Positions 51,174-60,753 of a DNA stretch of 64,000 nucleotides are shown piece after piece. This DNA is from Vulcanimicrobiota bacterium (GTDB taxonomy: Bacteria > Vulcanimicrobiota > Vulcanimicrobiia > Vulcanimicrobiales > Vulcanimicrobiaceae): positions 128,001-192,000 of the forward strand of contig CAWETW010000001.1 in the NCBI GenBank assembly GCA_963812155.1, given 5' to 3'. Made by a program: the position numbers and the translations under genes. Position 1 is the first letter of the stretch; every line of letters starts with the position of its first letter. Below the pieces are notes generated by a model, which saw nothing but the letters and a program-made list of their open reading frames with translations, was not told the DNA's origin and ran no database searches.

Positions 51174-53015
51174 ATGTGCGGCATCGTCGGCTACGTCGGC
51201 CCCAAGAATAGCGTTCCGATCATTCTCGACGCGCTCGGCCGTCTCGAATACCGCGGGTACGACAGCGCCGGCATTGCCGTCATCGACGAAAACGGCGCGC
51301 TCGTCGGCTCCAAGGCCGAGGGCAAGCTGTCGCGCCTGGCCGAGCGGCTCAACAATGGCGAGCCGCTCAGCGGTGCGGTCGGGGTCGGGCATACGCGCTG
51401 GGCCACGCACGGCCGCCCTTCCGACGCCAACGCCCATCCGCACATGGATTGCACCGGCCGCATCGCGGTCGTGCACAACGGCATCATCGAAAACTACGCC
51501 GCCTTGCGCGCGCGCCTGATCGAGGCCGGACACATTTTCGCCAGCGAGACCGACACGGAAGTGCTCGCGCACCTCATCGAGGCGCACGACGCCGGCTCGC
51601 TCGTCGAAGCGGTGCGTAAGACGCTGCACGAAGTGCGCGGCGCCTACGCGCTGGGCGTGATCTCCAGCGACGATCCCGAGCATTTGGTCTTCGCGCGCAA
51701 CGGCGCGAGCCCGCTGGTCATCGGCATCGGCAACGGCGAGATGTACGTCGCGTCCGACACGCCGGCGATTCTGCCGTACACGCGCAAAGAGATCATCCTG
51801 CAGGAGGGGGAGATCGCGGTCGTCGGGCGCGACGGCTATCGTCTGACCGACTACGACGGCAATCGCATCGAACGCGAACCAATCCAAGTGACGTGGGATG
51901 CGGGCTCCGCGGAGAAGAGCGGCTTCAAGCATTTCATGCTCAAGGAGATCTTCGAGCAGCCCAACGTCATCAAGGAGACGTTGGCGGGCCGTATCGACGA
52001 GCGCGGCGACGTGCACCTCGGACGCGAACTCGGCCAGATTTCTCGCGACTTTCTGCGCGGCATGAGCAAGATCGCGATCACCGGCTGCGGCAGCGCGTAC
52101 CACGCGGGGCTGGTCGGCATGTACCTGTTACGTTCGCTCGTCCGGCTTCCGGTGGAAATGGAGCTCGCCAGCGAGTTTCGCTACGGCGACCCCGTCATCG
52201 ATCCCACGACGCTGGTGATTGCGATGTCGCAATCCGGCGAAACCGCCGATACGATCGAAGCGGTGCGCATCGCCAAGCAAGAAGGCAGCACGGTCCTCGG
52301 CATCTGTAACGTCCTCGGATCGCACCTGAGCCGCCTCGCCGACGGGACGCTGTTCACGCGCGGCGGTCCCGAGATCGGCGTGGCCGCGACCAAGACCTAC
52401 GTGTCGCAGGTGACGCTGCTAACGCTCTTCGCACTCTATCTGGCGAAACTGCGCGGAACGACCGGCGAACGGCGCCTGCACGAGATCGCCGACGGAACGA
52501 AACTGCTGCCGGCGGCGGTCGACGTGGTGCTCAACACGTCGGACGAAATTCGCAAGGCGGCGCGCAGCATCCGCAAAGCAAACAGCATTCTTTTCCTCGG
52601 CCGCTACGTCAACTTCCCGACCGCGCTCGAAGGCGCGCTCAAGCTCAAAGAAATCTCGTACATCCACGCTGAGGGCTATCCCGCCGGCGAGATGAAGCAC
52701 GGACCGATCGCGCTGCTCGATTCCGGCGTGCCGGTCGTCGGCGTCATGACCGACGATCGCGTGCGCGAGAAAATGCTCTCGAACCTGATGGAGTCAAAAG
52801 CGCGCGAAGCGCCGGTCTTCGTGGTTGCCAATCACGGCGACGAGGAAGCCAAAGCCGTCGCCGACCGCGTCTTTTGGGTGCCTAAGGTCGACGAACTGCT
52901 CTCGCCGATCGTCAACGTCATTCCGCTGCAGCTGCTCGCGTATCACATCGCCGATATCGAAGGCAAAGACGTCGACCAGCCGCGGAACTTGGCGAAAACC
53001 GTCACGGTCGAGTAG
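51174..53015 (+). CDS. glmS: Glutamine--fructose-6-phosphate aminotransferase
   Basis: MCGIVG, LEYRGYDSAG, GHTRWATHG, SQSGET, EGALKLKEISY, PRNLAKTVTVE. Confidence 0.98.
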   Translation: MCGIVGYVGPKNSVPIILDALGRLEYRGYDSAGIAVIDENGALVGSKAEGKLSRLAERLNNGEPLSGAVGVGHTRWATHGRPSDANAHPHMDCTGRIAVVHNGIIENYAALRARLIEAGHIFASETDTEVLAHLIEAHDAGSLVEAVRKTLHEVRGAYALGVISSDDPEHLVFARNGASPLVIGIGNGEMYVASDTPAILPYTRKEIILQEGEIAVVGRDGYRLTDYDGNRIEREPIQVTWDAGSAEKSGFKHFMLKEIFEQPNVIKETLAGRIDERGDVHLGRELGQISRDFLRGMSKIAITGCGSAYHAGLVGMYLLRSLVRLPVEMELASEFRYGDPVIDPTTLVIAMSQSGETADTIEAVRIAKQEGSTVLGICNVLGSHLSRLADGTLFTRGGPEIGVAATKTYVSQVTLLTLFALYLAKLRGTTGERRLHEIADGTKLLPAAVDVVLNTSDEIRKAARSIRKANSILFLGRYVNFPTALEGALKLKEISYIHAEGYPAGEMKHGPIALLDSGVPVVGVMTDDRVREKMLSNLMESKAREAPVFVVANHGDEEAKAVADRVFWVPKVDELLSPIVNVIPLQLLAYHIADIEGKDVDQPRNLAKTVTVE

Positions 53016-53050
53016 CGGGAATCGGCGGCGCGCAACCCTAACCGCCGTTC

Positions 53051-53788
53051 ATGACTCGCAGCGACGGGCGACGCGCGGACGAGATTCGTCCCGTCACCAT
53101 CGAACCGGGCTTCTTGAAATATGCTGAAGGCAGCGCGCTCATCAGCGTGGGCAACACGCGCGTGCTGTGCGCCGCGACCGTGGAAGAGCGCGTACCGCAG
53201 TGGATGAAGGGGCGCGGCACCGGTTGGGTGACGGCCGAGTACGCAATGCTTCCTCGTGCCACGCACGACCGCACGCAGCGCGAGGCCGTGAAGGGCCGTT
53301 TGGGCGGGCGCACGCACGAGATTCAGCGCATCATCGGACGCGCGTTGCGCGCCGTGACCGACACCGTGAAACTCGGCGAACGCACGATTTGGGTGGATTG
53401 CGACGTGCTGCAGGCCGACGGCGGCACGCGCACGGCAGCGGTGACCGGCGCATACGTCGCGCTGGCAATCGCGCTTCGCGCGCGCTTTGACCCCTCGGAC
53501 GCCGCGCGCTGGCCGTTGAGCGGCGCGATCGCCGCCACCAGCGTCGGCATCGTCGACGGCCGCACCATGCTGGATCTCGCTTACGACGAAGACAGCCGCG
53601 CGCACGTGGATATGAACGTGTTCATGACCGATGCCGGCCGTTTCGTCGAACTGCAGGGCACCGCCGAAGCCGCGCCCTTCGACCGGCGCGATCTCGACGC
53701 GCTGCTGGAACTCGCCGCACACGGTATCGAACGCCTTTTTGCCGTTCAACGCGCCGCGCTTTCGGCAGAAACCGCGCATGCCGGTTGA
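53051..53788 (+). CDS. rph: Ribonuclease PH
   Basis: [40 protein letters not shown]. Confidence 0.97.
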   Translation: MTRSDGRRADEIRPVTIEPGFLKYAEGSALISVGNTRVLCAATVEERVPQWMKGRGTGWVTAEYAMLPRATHDRTQREAVKGRLGGRTHEIQRIIGRALRAVTDTVKLGERTIWVDCDVLQADGGTRTAAVTGAYVALAIALRARFDPSDAARWPLSGAIAATSVGIVDGRTMLDLAYDEDSRAHVDMNVFMTDAGRFVELQGTAEAAPFDRRDLDALLELAAHGIERLFAVQRAALSAETAHAG

Positions 53789-54119
53789 ACCGCAGGTGGC
53801 GGCACTGGCCGAGCGCGTCGGCTCGTTTCACATTACGGAGCGCGCCATGAAGCACGCGCAACGCGAGATCGAACGGGCCATCGCCGCCGGAGACGTGGGC
53901 GAGCGCGCGCGCGACGACTACTTCGCCGCGGTGCGCCGCTACTTCGAAGGCTTTGGACGCGAGGCGCGCGCTCGTTTGCGCGACGTCGACCGGCGCCTCG
54001 TGCACGTGAACCAAGTGCAGTTCAACTTGACCGCCGAACGCGGGGTCGCCGTGAAGCGGATCGAAGCGACCGACGCGGTGCTGCACGCGCTCGCCGCGGC
54101 ATCGGAAGCGCAGCCGTGA
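53778..54119 (+). CDS. Helical/coiled-coil hypothetical protein
   Basis: ATG overlapping the rph end; GTGA overlap with mlaE; 113 aa. Confidence 0.65.
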   Translation: MPVEPQVAALAERVGSFHITERAMKHAQREIERAIAAGDVGERARDDYFAAVRRYFEGFGREARARLRDVDRRLVHVNQVQFNLTAERGVAVKRIEATDAVLHALAAASEAQP

Positions 54120-54892
54120 AAATGCTCGACCGGGTCGGACGCGCGACCCAAAACTTCTTCGAGTACGCAGGGGGCATCACACTGCTCTCGGCCGAGTCGG
54201 CCGGCTTCATGGTGCAGCTGCGCATTCGCGTGGGCGAAACGATTTCGCAGTCGTATCTGCTCGGCGTGCAATCGTTGATCATCGTTCTGCTCACCTCGCT
54301 GTTCACCGGCATGGTGATCTCGCTGGAATCGGCTCAGCAGGCCGTGCAGTACGGCGTCGGCAGTCTCGTCGGCGCGGCTGTCGCGTATGCGTCGGTGCGC
54401 GAACTCGGCCCGATGCTCACGGCGGTCGTCGTGGCGGGGCGGGTCGGTGCGGCAATCGCCGCCGAGCTCGGCTCAATGGTCGTGACCGAACAGATCGAGG
54501 CACTGCGCTCGATGGGTCTCGAGCCGTCGCGCTTCCTCGTGGTGCCGCGGCTTCTCGCGCTGCTGATCACGCTGCCGCTGCTGACGATCTTCGCCGACGT
54601 CATCTCGATCGCCGGCGGCATGTGGGTCGCCCAGACCTACGCGCACATCTCGGCCGACACGTTTCTCTCGGCCGCGCGACAATCGATCGGCTTCGAAGAC
54701 GTGCTCAAGGGTCTCCTCAAGTCGGTCGTGTTCGCCTGCATCATTGCGATGGTGGGCGCCTACCAGGGGCTGACGACGCGCGGCGGAGCGGCCGGCGTCG
54801 GCCAATCGACGACCGGCTCGGTGGTGCTCTCGATCATTCTCATTTTCATGTCGAACTTCGTGCTCTCGTTCTTGCTCTTCGGCGGAGGTTAA
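54116..54892 (+). CDS. mlaE: MlaE-family ABC permease
   Basis: RELGP..TAVVVAGRVGAAIAAELGSM.VTEQIEAL, GGAAGVG. Confidence 0.95.
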   Translation: MKMLDRVGRATQNFFEYAGGITLLSAESAGFMVQLRIRVGETISQSYLLGVQSLIIVLLTSLFTGMVISLESAQQAVQYGVGSLVGAAVAYASVRELGPMLTAVVVAGRVGAAIAAELGSMVVTEQIEALRSMGLEPSRFLVVPRLLALLITLPLLTIFADVISIAGGMWVAQTYAHISADTFLSAARQSIGFEDVLKGLLKSVVFACIIAMVGAYQGLTTRGGAAGVGQSTTGSVVLSIILIFMSNFVLSFLLFGGG

Positions 54893-54902
54893 CGACCTCG
54901 TC

Positions 54903-55661
54903 GTGGCCGGCAATCTCATCGCAAAGCTCGACGACGTCTCGCTGGCATTCGGCGAACGCGTCGTTTTGAAAAACTGCAACCTCGACATCGTCGAAGGGGC
55001 GATCACGTGCATCGTGGGCCTCTCCGGCGCCGGCAAGTCGACGATTCTGCGGCTGCTCGACGGCCTGATTCAACCGCAGTCGGGCCACGTCTTCCTGCGC
55101 GGCCAAGACATCTGCCACATGAGCGAAGACAAACTTATTCCCGCGCGGCAGAAGATCAGTCTCGCCTTTCAGTTTGCGGCGCTGCTCGACAGTCTGACGA
55201 TCGGCGACAATATCGCGCTGCCGCTTCAGGAACACACCAAACTCTCGGCCGCCGAAATCCGGCAGCAGGTCATGGACGCGCTCGAGAGCGTCGGCTTGGA
55301 CGGAACGTACAATAACTTGCCGAGCGAACTTTCCGGCGGCATGCTCAAGCGTGCCGGCTTCGCGCGCGCGATCGTTACGCGTCCCGACTTAATTCTCTAC
55401 GACGAGCCGACGACCGGACTCGATCCGATCGTCACGCACCTCATCACCAACACTATCGTGAAACTGCGCAAGAAGCTCGACGGCACGGCGGTCGTCATCT
55501 CGCACGACCTGCAGTCGATCTTCATGATGGCCGATTTCGTCGCCATGCTCTTCGAAGGGGCAATCATCGCGTGCGACACGGTCGAGAACATCCGCCGCTC
55601 GAGCAATCCGATCGTGCAGCAGTTCCTGCAAGGCTCGGAAGCGGGGCCGATACCGATTTGA
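54903..55661 (+). CDS. mlaF: MlaF/Mkl-family ABC ATPase
   Basis: GLSGAGKS, PSELSGGM.KR, YDEPTTGLDPI, ISHD, V.QFL.G. Confidence 0.92.
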   Translation: MAGNLIAKLDDVSLAFGERVVLKNCNLDIVEGAITCIVGLSGAGKSTILRLLDGLIQPQSGHVFLRGQDICHMSEDKLIPARQKISLAFQFAALLDSLTIGDNIALPLQEHTKLSAAEIRQQVMDALESVGLDGTYNNLPSELSGGMLKRAGFARAIVTRPDLILYDEPTTGLDPIVTHLITNTIVKLRKKLDGTAVVISHDLQSIFMMADFVAMLFEGAIIACDTVENIRRSSNPIVQQFLQGSEAGPIPI

Positions 55662-56611
55662 CGACCGAGCTGCCGGTGAATTTCGACGAGGCGCAGGTCG
55701 CGGCGCTGCTCGACTGGGACGCGCTCATCGATGCGATGGAACGCGCACTCATCGCCTTCTCGACGGGCGGCGCGATTCAACCGGTGCGCACCGTGCTCGC
55801 GGTCGAAGAGGGACGGCGGTACTTCGGCGTGATGCCGGCAATCGCGGGCGACGTGATGGGCGCGAAACTCGTGAGCTTCTATCCCGTCAACGAGAGCGCG
55901 GGTTTGCCGACCCATCACGGCACGATCGTGCTGTTCGACGCACGCACGGGCGTGCCGGCCGCGACCATGGACGGGCGGCTCATCACCGAGATGCGCACGG
56001 CGGCCGTTTCGGCGGCCGTCGCGAGACGCTTGATGCCCGAACGCTCGCACGTGCTGGCTTTGCTCGGCAGCGGCGTTCAAGCGGGTGCGCATCTGCGCGC
56101 GCTGGGCCGCGTGGGAGCGTTCGAGGACGTCCGCGTGTGGAGCCGCACGCCCGAACACGCCGAGCGCTTCGCGCGCGAACACGGCGCGCGCGCGACCGAT
56201 GCGCAGGCCGCGGTCGCGGGAGCCCACGTCGTCGTCGTCGCGACCTCGGCGAGCGAACCCGTGCTGCGCGGCGAGTGGCTCGACCCGGGCGCGCTCGCGA
56301 TCGCCGTCGGCGCAAACCACCCTTCGTGGCGCGAACTCGACGACGCGGCGATGCGCAACGTGCTCGTGGTCGACTCGCGCGAGGCCGCCGCGCGAGAGTC
56401 GGGCGACGTCATTCTCAGCGGCGCGCGCGTCTACGCCGAAGCCGGCGAAATCCTCGCCGGGCAAGCGGCGTTACCGCCCGCGCATGCAACGCGCGTATTC
56501 AAATCGCTCGGGCTCGCCGTCGAGGACCTCTATGCGGCGCAGCTCGTGGTGCAGGCGCACGCGGCGGCCTCGCACGGGCGCTCGACGAGGCCCCTGGAAG
56601 CGAAAGGATAA
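55658..56611 (+). CDS. Ornithine cyclodeaminase / mu-crystallin family protein
   Basis: P.R, MPA, T..RTAAVSA, GSGVQA, FKSLGLAVED. Confidence 0.9.
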   Translation: MTTELPVNFDEAQVAALLDWDALIDAMERALIAFSTGGAIQPVRTVLAVEEGRRYFGVMPAIAGDVMGAKLVSFYPVNESAGLPTHHGTIVLFDARTGVPAATMDGRLITEMRTAAVSAAVARRLMPERSHVLALLGSGVQAGAHLRALGRVGAFEDVRVWSRTPEHAERFAREHGARATDAQAAVAGAHVVVVATSASEPVLRGEWLDPGALAIAVGANHPSWRELDDAAMRNVLVVDSREAAARESGDVILSGARVYAEAGEILAGQAALPPAHATRVFKSLGLAVEDLYAAQLVVQAHAAASHGRSTRPLEAKG

Positions 56612-56621
56612 TACGACCGGC

Positions 56622-58199
56622 ATGACACGCCAGGCTCAAGTCGGCGCCTTCACCATCGTCGCATTGCTCTTGCTCTTCGGCGTGTTCTACGTCATCACGG
56701 ATTTCGGCACGCGCCACACGGGATATCAGATCGGCGTGCACTTCCGCTCCGCGGCCGGTTTGACGCCGGGCGCGCTGGTCTATTTCAGCGGCGTCAACGC
56801 CGGGTCGGTGGAAGACATCGGGCTGCAGCCCGACAACACGGTCGAAGTCATCCTTGCCATCAAGAACGACATCGACGTGCCCGTCGACTCGAAGTTCTTG
56901 ATTCAGGCGCCGCTCACGGGTTCACCCAACGTCATCATCGTGCCGCCGCAGCACGAGCGTCCACCCTTCGCGCTGCTGCCGCGTAAGGTGCTTCCGATCG
57001 AACAGCAGCCCCAGGGCGCCAACACCGCGACGATCGCCGACCTCCTCCAGCAGGGCCAGGGCGAGGTCAAGCGCTTCGACGTCGTCATGTCGCAGATCGA
57101 AGCGCGCACGCCCAAACTGCTCGATACGCTGCAGACGACGCTGAACAACGCCAACGATCTCACCGTGACCACGAAGGCATCGTTGGGCCAACTCTCGTCG
57201 GAGTTGCTGGCGCTGGGATCGACGCTGCAGGGCGACCTCTCCACGGCCGGCACCAACGTCGTGCAACTCACCGGAACGCTCAACTCGTCGGCCACGGTCA
57301 ACTCCAAGAAGCTCGGGCGGCTGCTCGATCAACTCGAGGCGACGTCGGTTTCGCTCAACAAGTCGATGGGCGCCGTCGAAGATCTCGCCACCGATCCGCA
57401 GTTGAAATCGAACGTCCTCACGACGACGCAGAGCATCGCGAGCGCGACCCAGACGCTGGCGCAAATGACTCAAGACTTGCGTACGATTACCGGGAATCCG
57501 CAGACGCAAGCGCAACTGCGCGACACGATCGCCAATCTCGACGCGACGATGCAAAAAGCCAACTCGCTCTTGGGGCAACTCGGCGGCACGAGCAGCGTCT
57601 ACGGCGTGGATGCCGCAGCGACGCCGCCCCCGCCGGTCGTGCCCGGGGTCTCGCCGTATCCGTTGCCGCCGCAGCCGCATGCCGCGCCGACGCCTTCGCA
57701 TACCGCAGCGACGACGTCGCAGGCCCGCGAGCGGCTGCAGGGCGCGATCGGCAAGGCGCTGCGCAATCTCGTTGCGGTGCAGTTACGCTTCAGCGGCCTG
57801 TCGCCGCAACACAATGCCGGGCTCAATCCCGTGTTGACCCCGAGTCAGGGACCGCTCGGCGACATCAATCTCGTCGTTCTGCCGCACGCGACGACGAGCT
57901 TCATGGTCGGGGCCAACGCCATCGGCAACAACACGACGTGGAACGCCGTCGTGATGAAAGGGACGGAGAGCGGATTTCGCATCGGCGGCGGAGTGCTCTA
58001 TTCGCAGATCGGCATGCTCGCGCAACTCAACGCGCTCAAGGGCTTCGGGGTCGAGACGCGCATCTACGATCTCACCTATCCGATGATCGACCTCTACGGG
58101 AATATCCATCTTGGCAGCAGTGCGGAACTCTTTTTCGGTCAACGCGACGTGAACCACGCGAGCCGCCGCAACACGTTTGGTTTCCAATACCAGTTCTGA
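56622..58199 (+). CDS. mlaD: MlaD/MCE protein with long helical stalk and probable C-terminal beta-barrel
   Basis: N-terminal TM, F.SAAGL.PGA.V...GV..G.V MCE motif, heptad stalk, Pro-rich linker, amphipathic strands ending FGFQYQF. Confidence 0.88.
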   Translation: MTRQAQVGAFTIVALLLLFGVFYVITDFGTRHTGYQIGVHFRSAAGLTPGALVYFSGVNAGSVEDIGLQPDNTVEVILAIKNDIDVPVDSKFLIQAPLTGSPNVIIVPPQHERPPFALLPRKVLPIEQQPQGANTATIADLLQQGQGEVKRFDVVMSQIEARTPKLLDTLQTTLNNANDLTVTTKASLGQLSSELLALGSTLQGDLSTAGTNVVQLTGTLNSSATVNSKKLGRLLDQLEATSVSLNKSMGAVEDLATDPQLKSNVLTTTQSIASATQTLAQMTQDLRTITGNPQTQAQLRDTIANLDATMQKANSLLGQLGGTSSVYGVDAAATPPPPVVPGVSPYPLPPQPHAAPTPSHTAATTSQARERLQGAIGKALRNLVAVQLRFSGLSPQHNAGLNPVLTPSQGPLGDINLVVLPHATTSFMVGANAIGNNTTWNAVVMKGTESGFRIGGGVLYSQIGMLAQLNALKGFGVETRIYDLTYPMIDLYGNIHLGSSAELFFGQRDVNHASRRNTFGFQYQF

Positions 58200-58213
58200 G
58201 TCCGGAAACCACG

Positions 58214-59152
58214 GTGGCTGAGCGAACGCAGGTCGGCATCATCGGAGCGGGCGCCATGGGCACCCTCTTCGGATTCCACCTCGCCGAGCATTGCGACGTG
58301 CGCGTGCTCGAACGCAATGCCGAATTGAGCGCCGCCATCGCGCGCGACGGCCTGGCGGTCAACGACGCGCCCGCGCGCCGCGTCGCCGTGGCCGAAAATC
58401 CACGCGACCTCTACGGTTCTCGCGTGTTCTTTCTCTTCGTCAAAGCGGTCGACACGCTGCGCGCGCTGCGGCCGTTTGCGGGAGAGTTGAATCCCGGCGC
58501 CCCGTTCGTGTCGCTGCAAAACGGCGTCGGCAACGAAGACGCCATCAAGACCGCGCTGGGCGGCGAGGTGCCGGTCGTCTTGGGCATCACGACCGAGTCG
58601 TCGCAGAGCGTCGGACCGGGCCGCGTCCGCGTGACCGCCGAGGGCCACTCGATTCTCGGCTCGACGTCGGCGGCGCCGGCGACGTCGCGCATGGTCGCCG
58701 ACTTGCTGACGCGCAGCGGCCTGCAGGCGTCGGTCGTCTACGACATCCGCCCGCACCTGTGGGGCAAACTCGTCGCGAACGCAGCCATCAACGCACTCTC
58801 GGCGCTACTGGATTGCGAAGCCGGCGCAATCCCCAAGGATCCCAACGCCGCACGCGTGGCCGAAGTGCTCGCCGAAGAGGCCGCTTCGGTCGCCGCCGCA
58901 CTCAAGATCAACTTACCGTTCGTGAACCCTTGGCAATACGTCACCGAGGTCATCGCGCTGGGAGCCGATGCGAAGAGTTCGATGGCCTACGATCTCGAGA
59001 CCGGACATCCGAGCGAAATCGATCACATCAACGGCGCGGTCGCGGCGTTCGCACGGCGCACCGGCACGCCGGCACCTTATAACGAAGCGATGGTGCGGCT
59101 GATCAAGGCGCGCGAAGCGCTGCATTCAAGCCTGCGGGTGCAGACGCAGTAA
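58214..59152 (+). CDS. panE: 2-dehydropantoate 2-reductase
   Basis: GAGAMG, FVKA, LQNGVG, WGKL..NAAIN, SSM..D, EIDHINGAV. Confidence 0.93.
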   Translation: MAERTQVGIIGAGAMGTLFGFHLAEHCDVRVLERNAELSAAIARDGLAVNDAPARRVAVAENPRDLYGSRVFFLFVKAVDTLRALRPFAGELNPGAPFVSLQNGVGNEDAIKTALGGEVPVVLGITTESSQSVGPGRVRVTAEGHSILGSTSAAPATSRMVADLLTRSGLQASVVYDIRPHLWGKLVANAAINALSALLDCEAGAIPKDPNAARVAEVLAEEAASVAAALKINLPFVNPWQYVTEVIALGADAKSSMAYDLETGHPSEIDHINGAVAAFARRTGTPAPYNEAMVRLIKAREALHSSLRVQTQ

Positions 59153-59848
59153 TCGGATCGTCCCGGTTGAGGTCTCCACGTCGATCGCGTGCGAGCCGCC
59201 GCCGTTGACGCTGCCGTCGATCGTCTCGGCGGTGCCTTGCGCGGATCCGCGTAAATCGAAATCGGTGAAGAGCGTCCCGCGATCGGTGTGAAGGCGGACG
59301 TCGAACTTCGCGTTTTCGTTGATCCAGAGTTCGATATTGCCGCGTTGGGTCGAGAAATGCAGCGTGCCGGGCCATCCCGTCGAGCCCATCGTTACCGAGA
59401 CGTTTCCGCGGCCCGCGCGCACCTGGGCGTAGCCGGGAATCAATACCTGAACGTCGCCTTGCAGCGCAACGACGGTGGCGTTCCCTTCGATCCCGGTCAC
59501 GTGCACGTCGCCGCGGTCGGATCGCACGGCCAAATTGACGCCGTCGGGAACGCGCACGAGCAGCTCGGCCAGCGGAGCGAGCGCGTCGACGGCGATGCCG
59601 CCGGGGCGCGCGCGCAGCCGCGGCGGAGGAGGCGGCGTCGATCGCGCGAGCGCCGTTGCCGCCACCGTAAACCGGTTGCGCGCCTCGCCGCCGGCCGGCT
59701 GATAGGCGCCGACCGGTGCCGCTGCGACACGGACGCTCAACGTCGAGCCCGGCGCGAGCACGCCGACCGTGGTCACGTACGGCGTTTGATTCGCGCAGGC
59801 GGTAACCGGAAGAAGAAGCAGAAGGAATGCGAGACGCTTGGGGATCAT
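59126..59848 (-). CDS. DUF4097-like (putative adhesin) lipoprotein
   Basis: Lipobox VTAC; repeats GDVHV/GDVQV/GNVSV/GNIEL; ending G.VNGGG..IDVETSTGTIRL. Confidence 0.7.
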   Translation of the reverse strand: MIPKRLAFLLLLLPVTACANQTPYVTTVGVLAPGSTLSVRVAAAPVGAYQPAGGEARNRFTVAATALARSTPPPPPRLRARPGGIAVDALAPLAELLVRVPDGVNLAVRSDRGDVHVTGIEGNATVVALQGDVQVLIPGYAQVRAGRGNVSVTMGSTGWPGTLHFSTQRGNIELWINENAKFDVRLHTDRGTLFTDFDLRGSAQGTAETIDGSVNGGGSHAIDVETSTGTIRLLRLHPQA

Positions 59849-59872
59849 GCTCGAGCAGAATAGGCCGCACAG

Positions 59873-60733
59873 ATGCGCATTTCCGCCTGCCTCCTTTTCG
59901 CATTCGTTCTTTCGGCGACCGCCGGCTGCGGCGGCCGCTCCTCGGAATCGTCGCTTCCCGCTTTGAGCGCGGGAACGCCCGGCGCCGCCTCGGCCCGGAG
60001 CGCCGCGCTCTGGATTCCGGCGGCGGAATCGACGTTCGCCATCCAATACGGCGGCAAGAGGCTCGATACGAACGTCGACGCCGCGATCTACGACGTCGAC
60101 GGCTTCGATACGACCGCGGCGACGGTGGCACAGCTTCACGGAATGGGACGGCACGTCGTCTGCTACATCGACGTCGGCACGTGGGAAAACTGGCGGCCCG
60201 ACGCCGGCACATTCCCCAAGAGCGTCCTCGGAAAACCCGACGGCCACTGGAAGGGCGAGCGCTGGCTCGACATCAGCCAACTCTCGGTACTCCAGCCGAT
60301 CATGTCGGCGCGCTTCAAGATGTGCGCGCGCAAAGGCTTCGACGCAATCGATTCTGACAACATCGACGGCTACGAGAACCGAACGGGATTCAAACTCACG
60401 GCCGAGCAGCAACTGACCTACGATCGCTGGGTCGCCAAGCGCATCCACTCGTTCGGACTCTCGGCGGCGCAGAAGGGCGACAACGATCAAGTTGCGGACT
60501 TACGCCCGAGCTTCGATTGGGCCGTCCTCGAAGAGTGTTACAAGCAGGGATGGTGCAAGCAGTTTACGAGCTACACCGACGATGACCGGCTCGTCGTCGA
60601 CATCGAATACGGGCTGAAGAAATCCGAGTTTCTCAACAAAACCTGTCCGCAAATCAAAGGCTACAAAGAAACGGCGCTCCTCAAGCATCTCAATCTCGAC
60701 GCCTGGGTCGTCACCTGCTCTAAGGATCGCTAG
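59873..60733 (+). CDS. GH114 endo-alpha-1,4-polygalactosaminidase-like lipoprotein
   Basis: YDVDGFD, VCY..VG.WE.WRPD, W.GERWLDI, KGFDAID.DNIDGY, EECY. Confidence 0.88.
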   Translation: MRISACLLFAFVLSATAGCGGRSSESSLPALSAGTPGAASARSAALWIPAAESTFAIQYGGKRLDTNVDAAIYDVDGFDTTAATVAQLHGMGRHVVCYIDVGTWENWRPDAGTFPKSVLGKPDGHWKGERWLDISQLSVLQPIMSARFKMCARKGFDAIDSDNIDGYENRTGFKLTAEQQLTYDRWVAKRIHSFGLSAAQKGDNDQVADLRPSFDWAVLEECYKQGWCKQFTSYTDDDRLVVDIEYGLKKSEFLNKTCPQIKGYKETALLKHLNLDAWVVTCSKDR

Positions 60734-60753
60734 CGCGTGGAGGGCGGTTGTCG

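Noticed and set aside
59126..60490. 454-aa minus-strand ORF
   Set aside because: The N-terminal part is antisense to the GH114 gene; the real lipoprotein start is 59848
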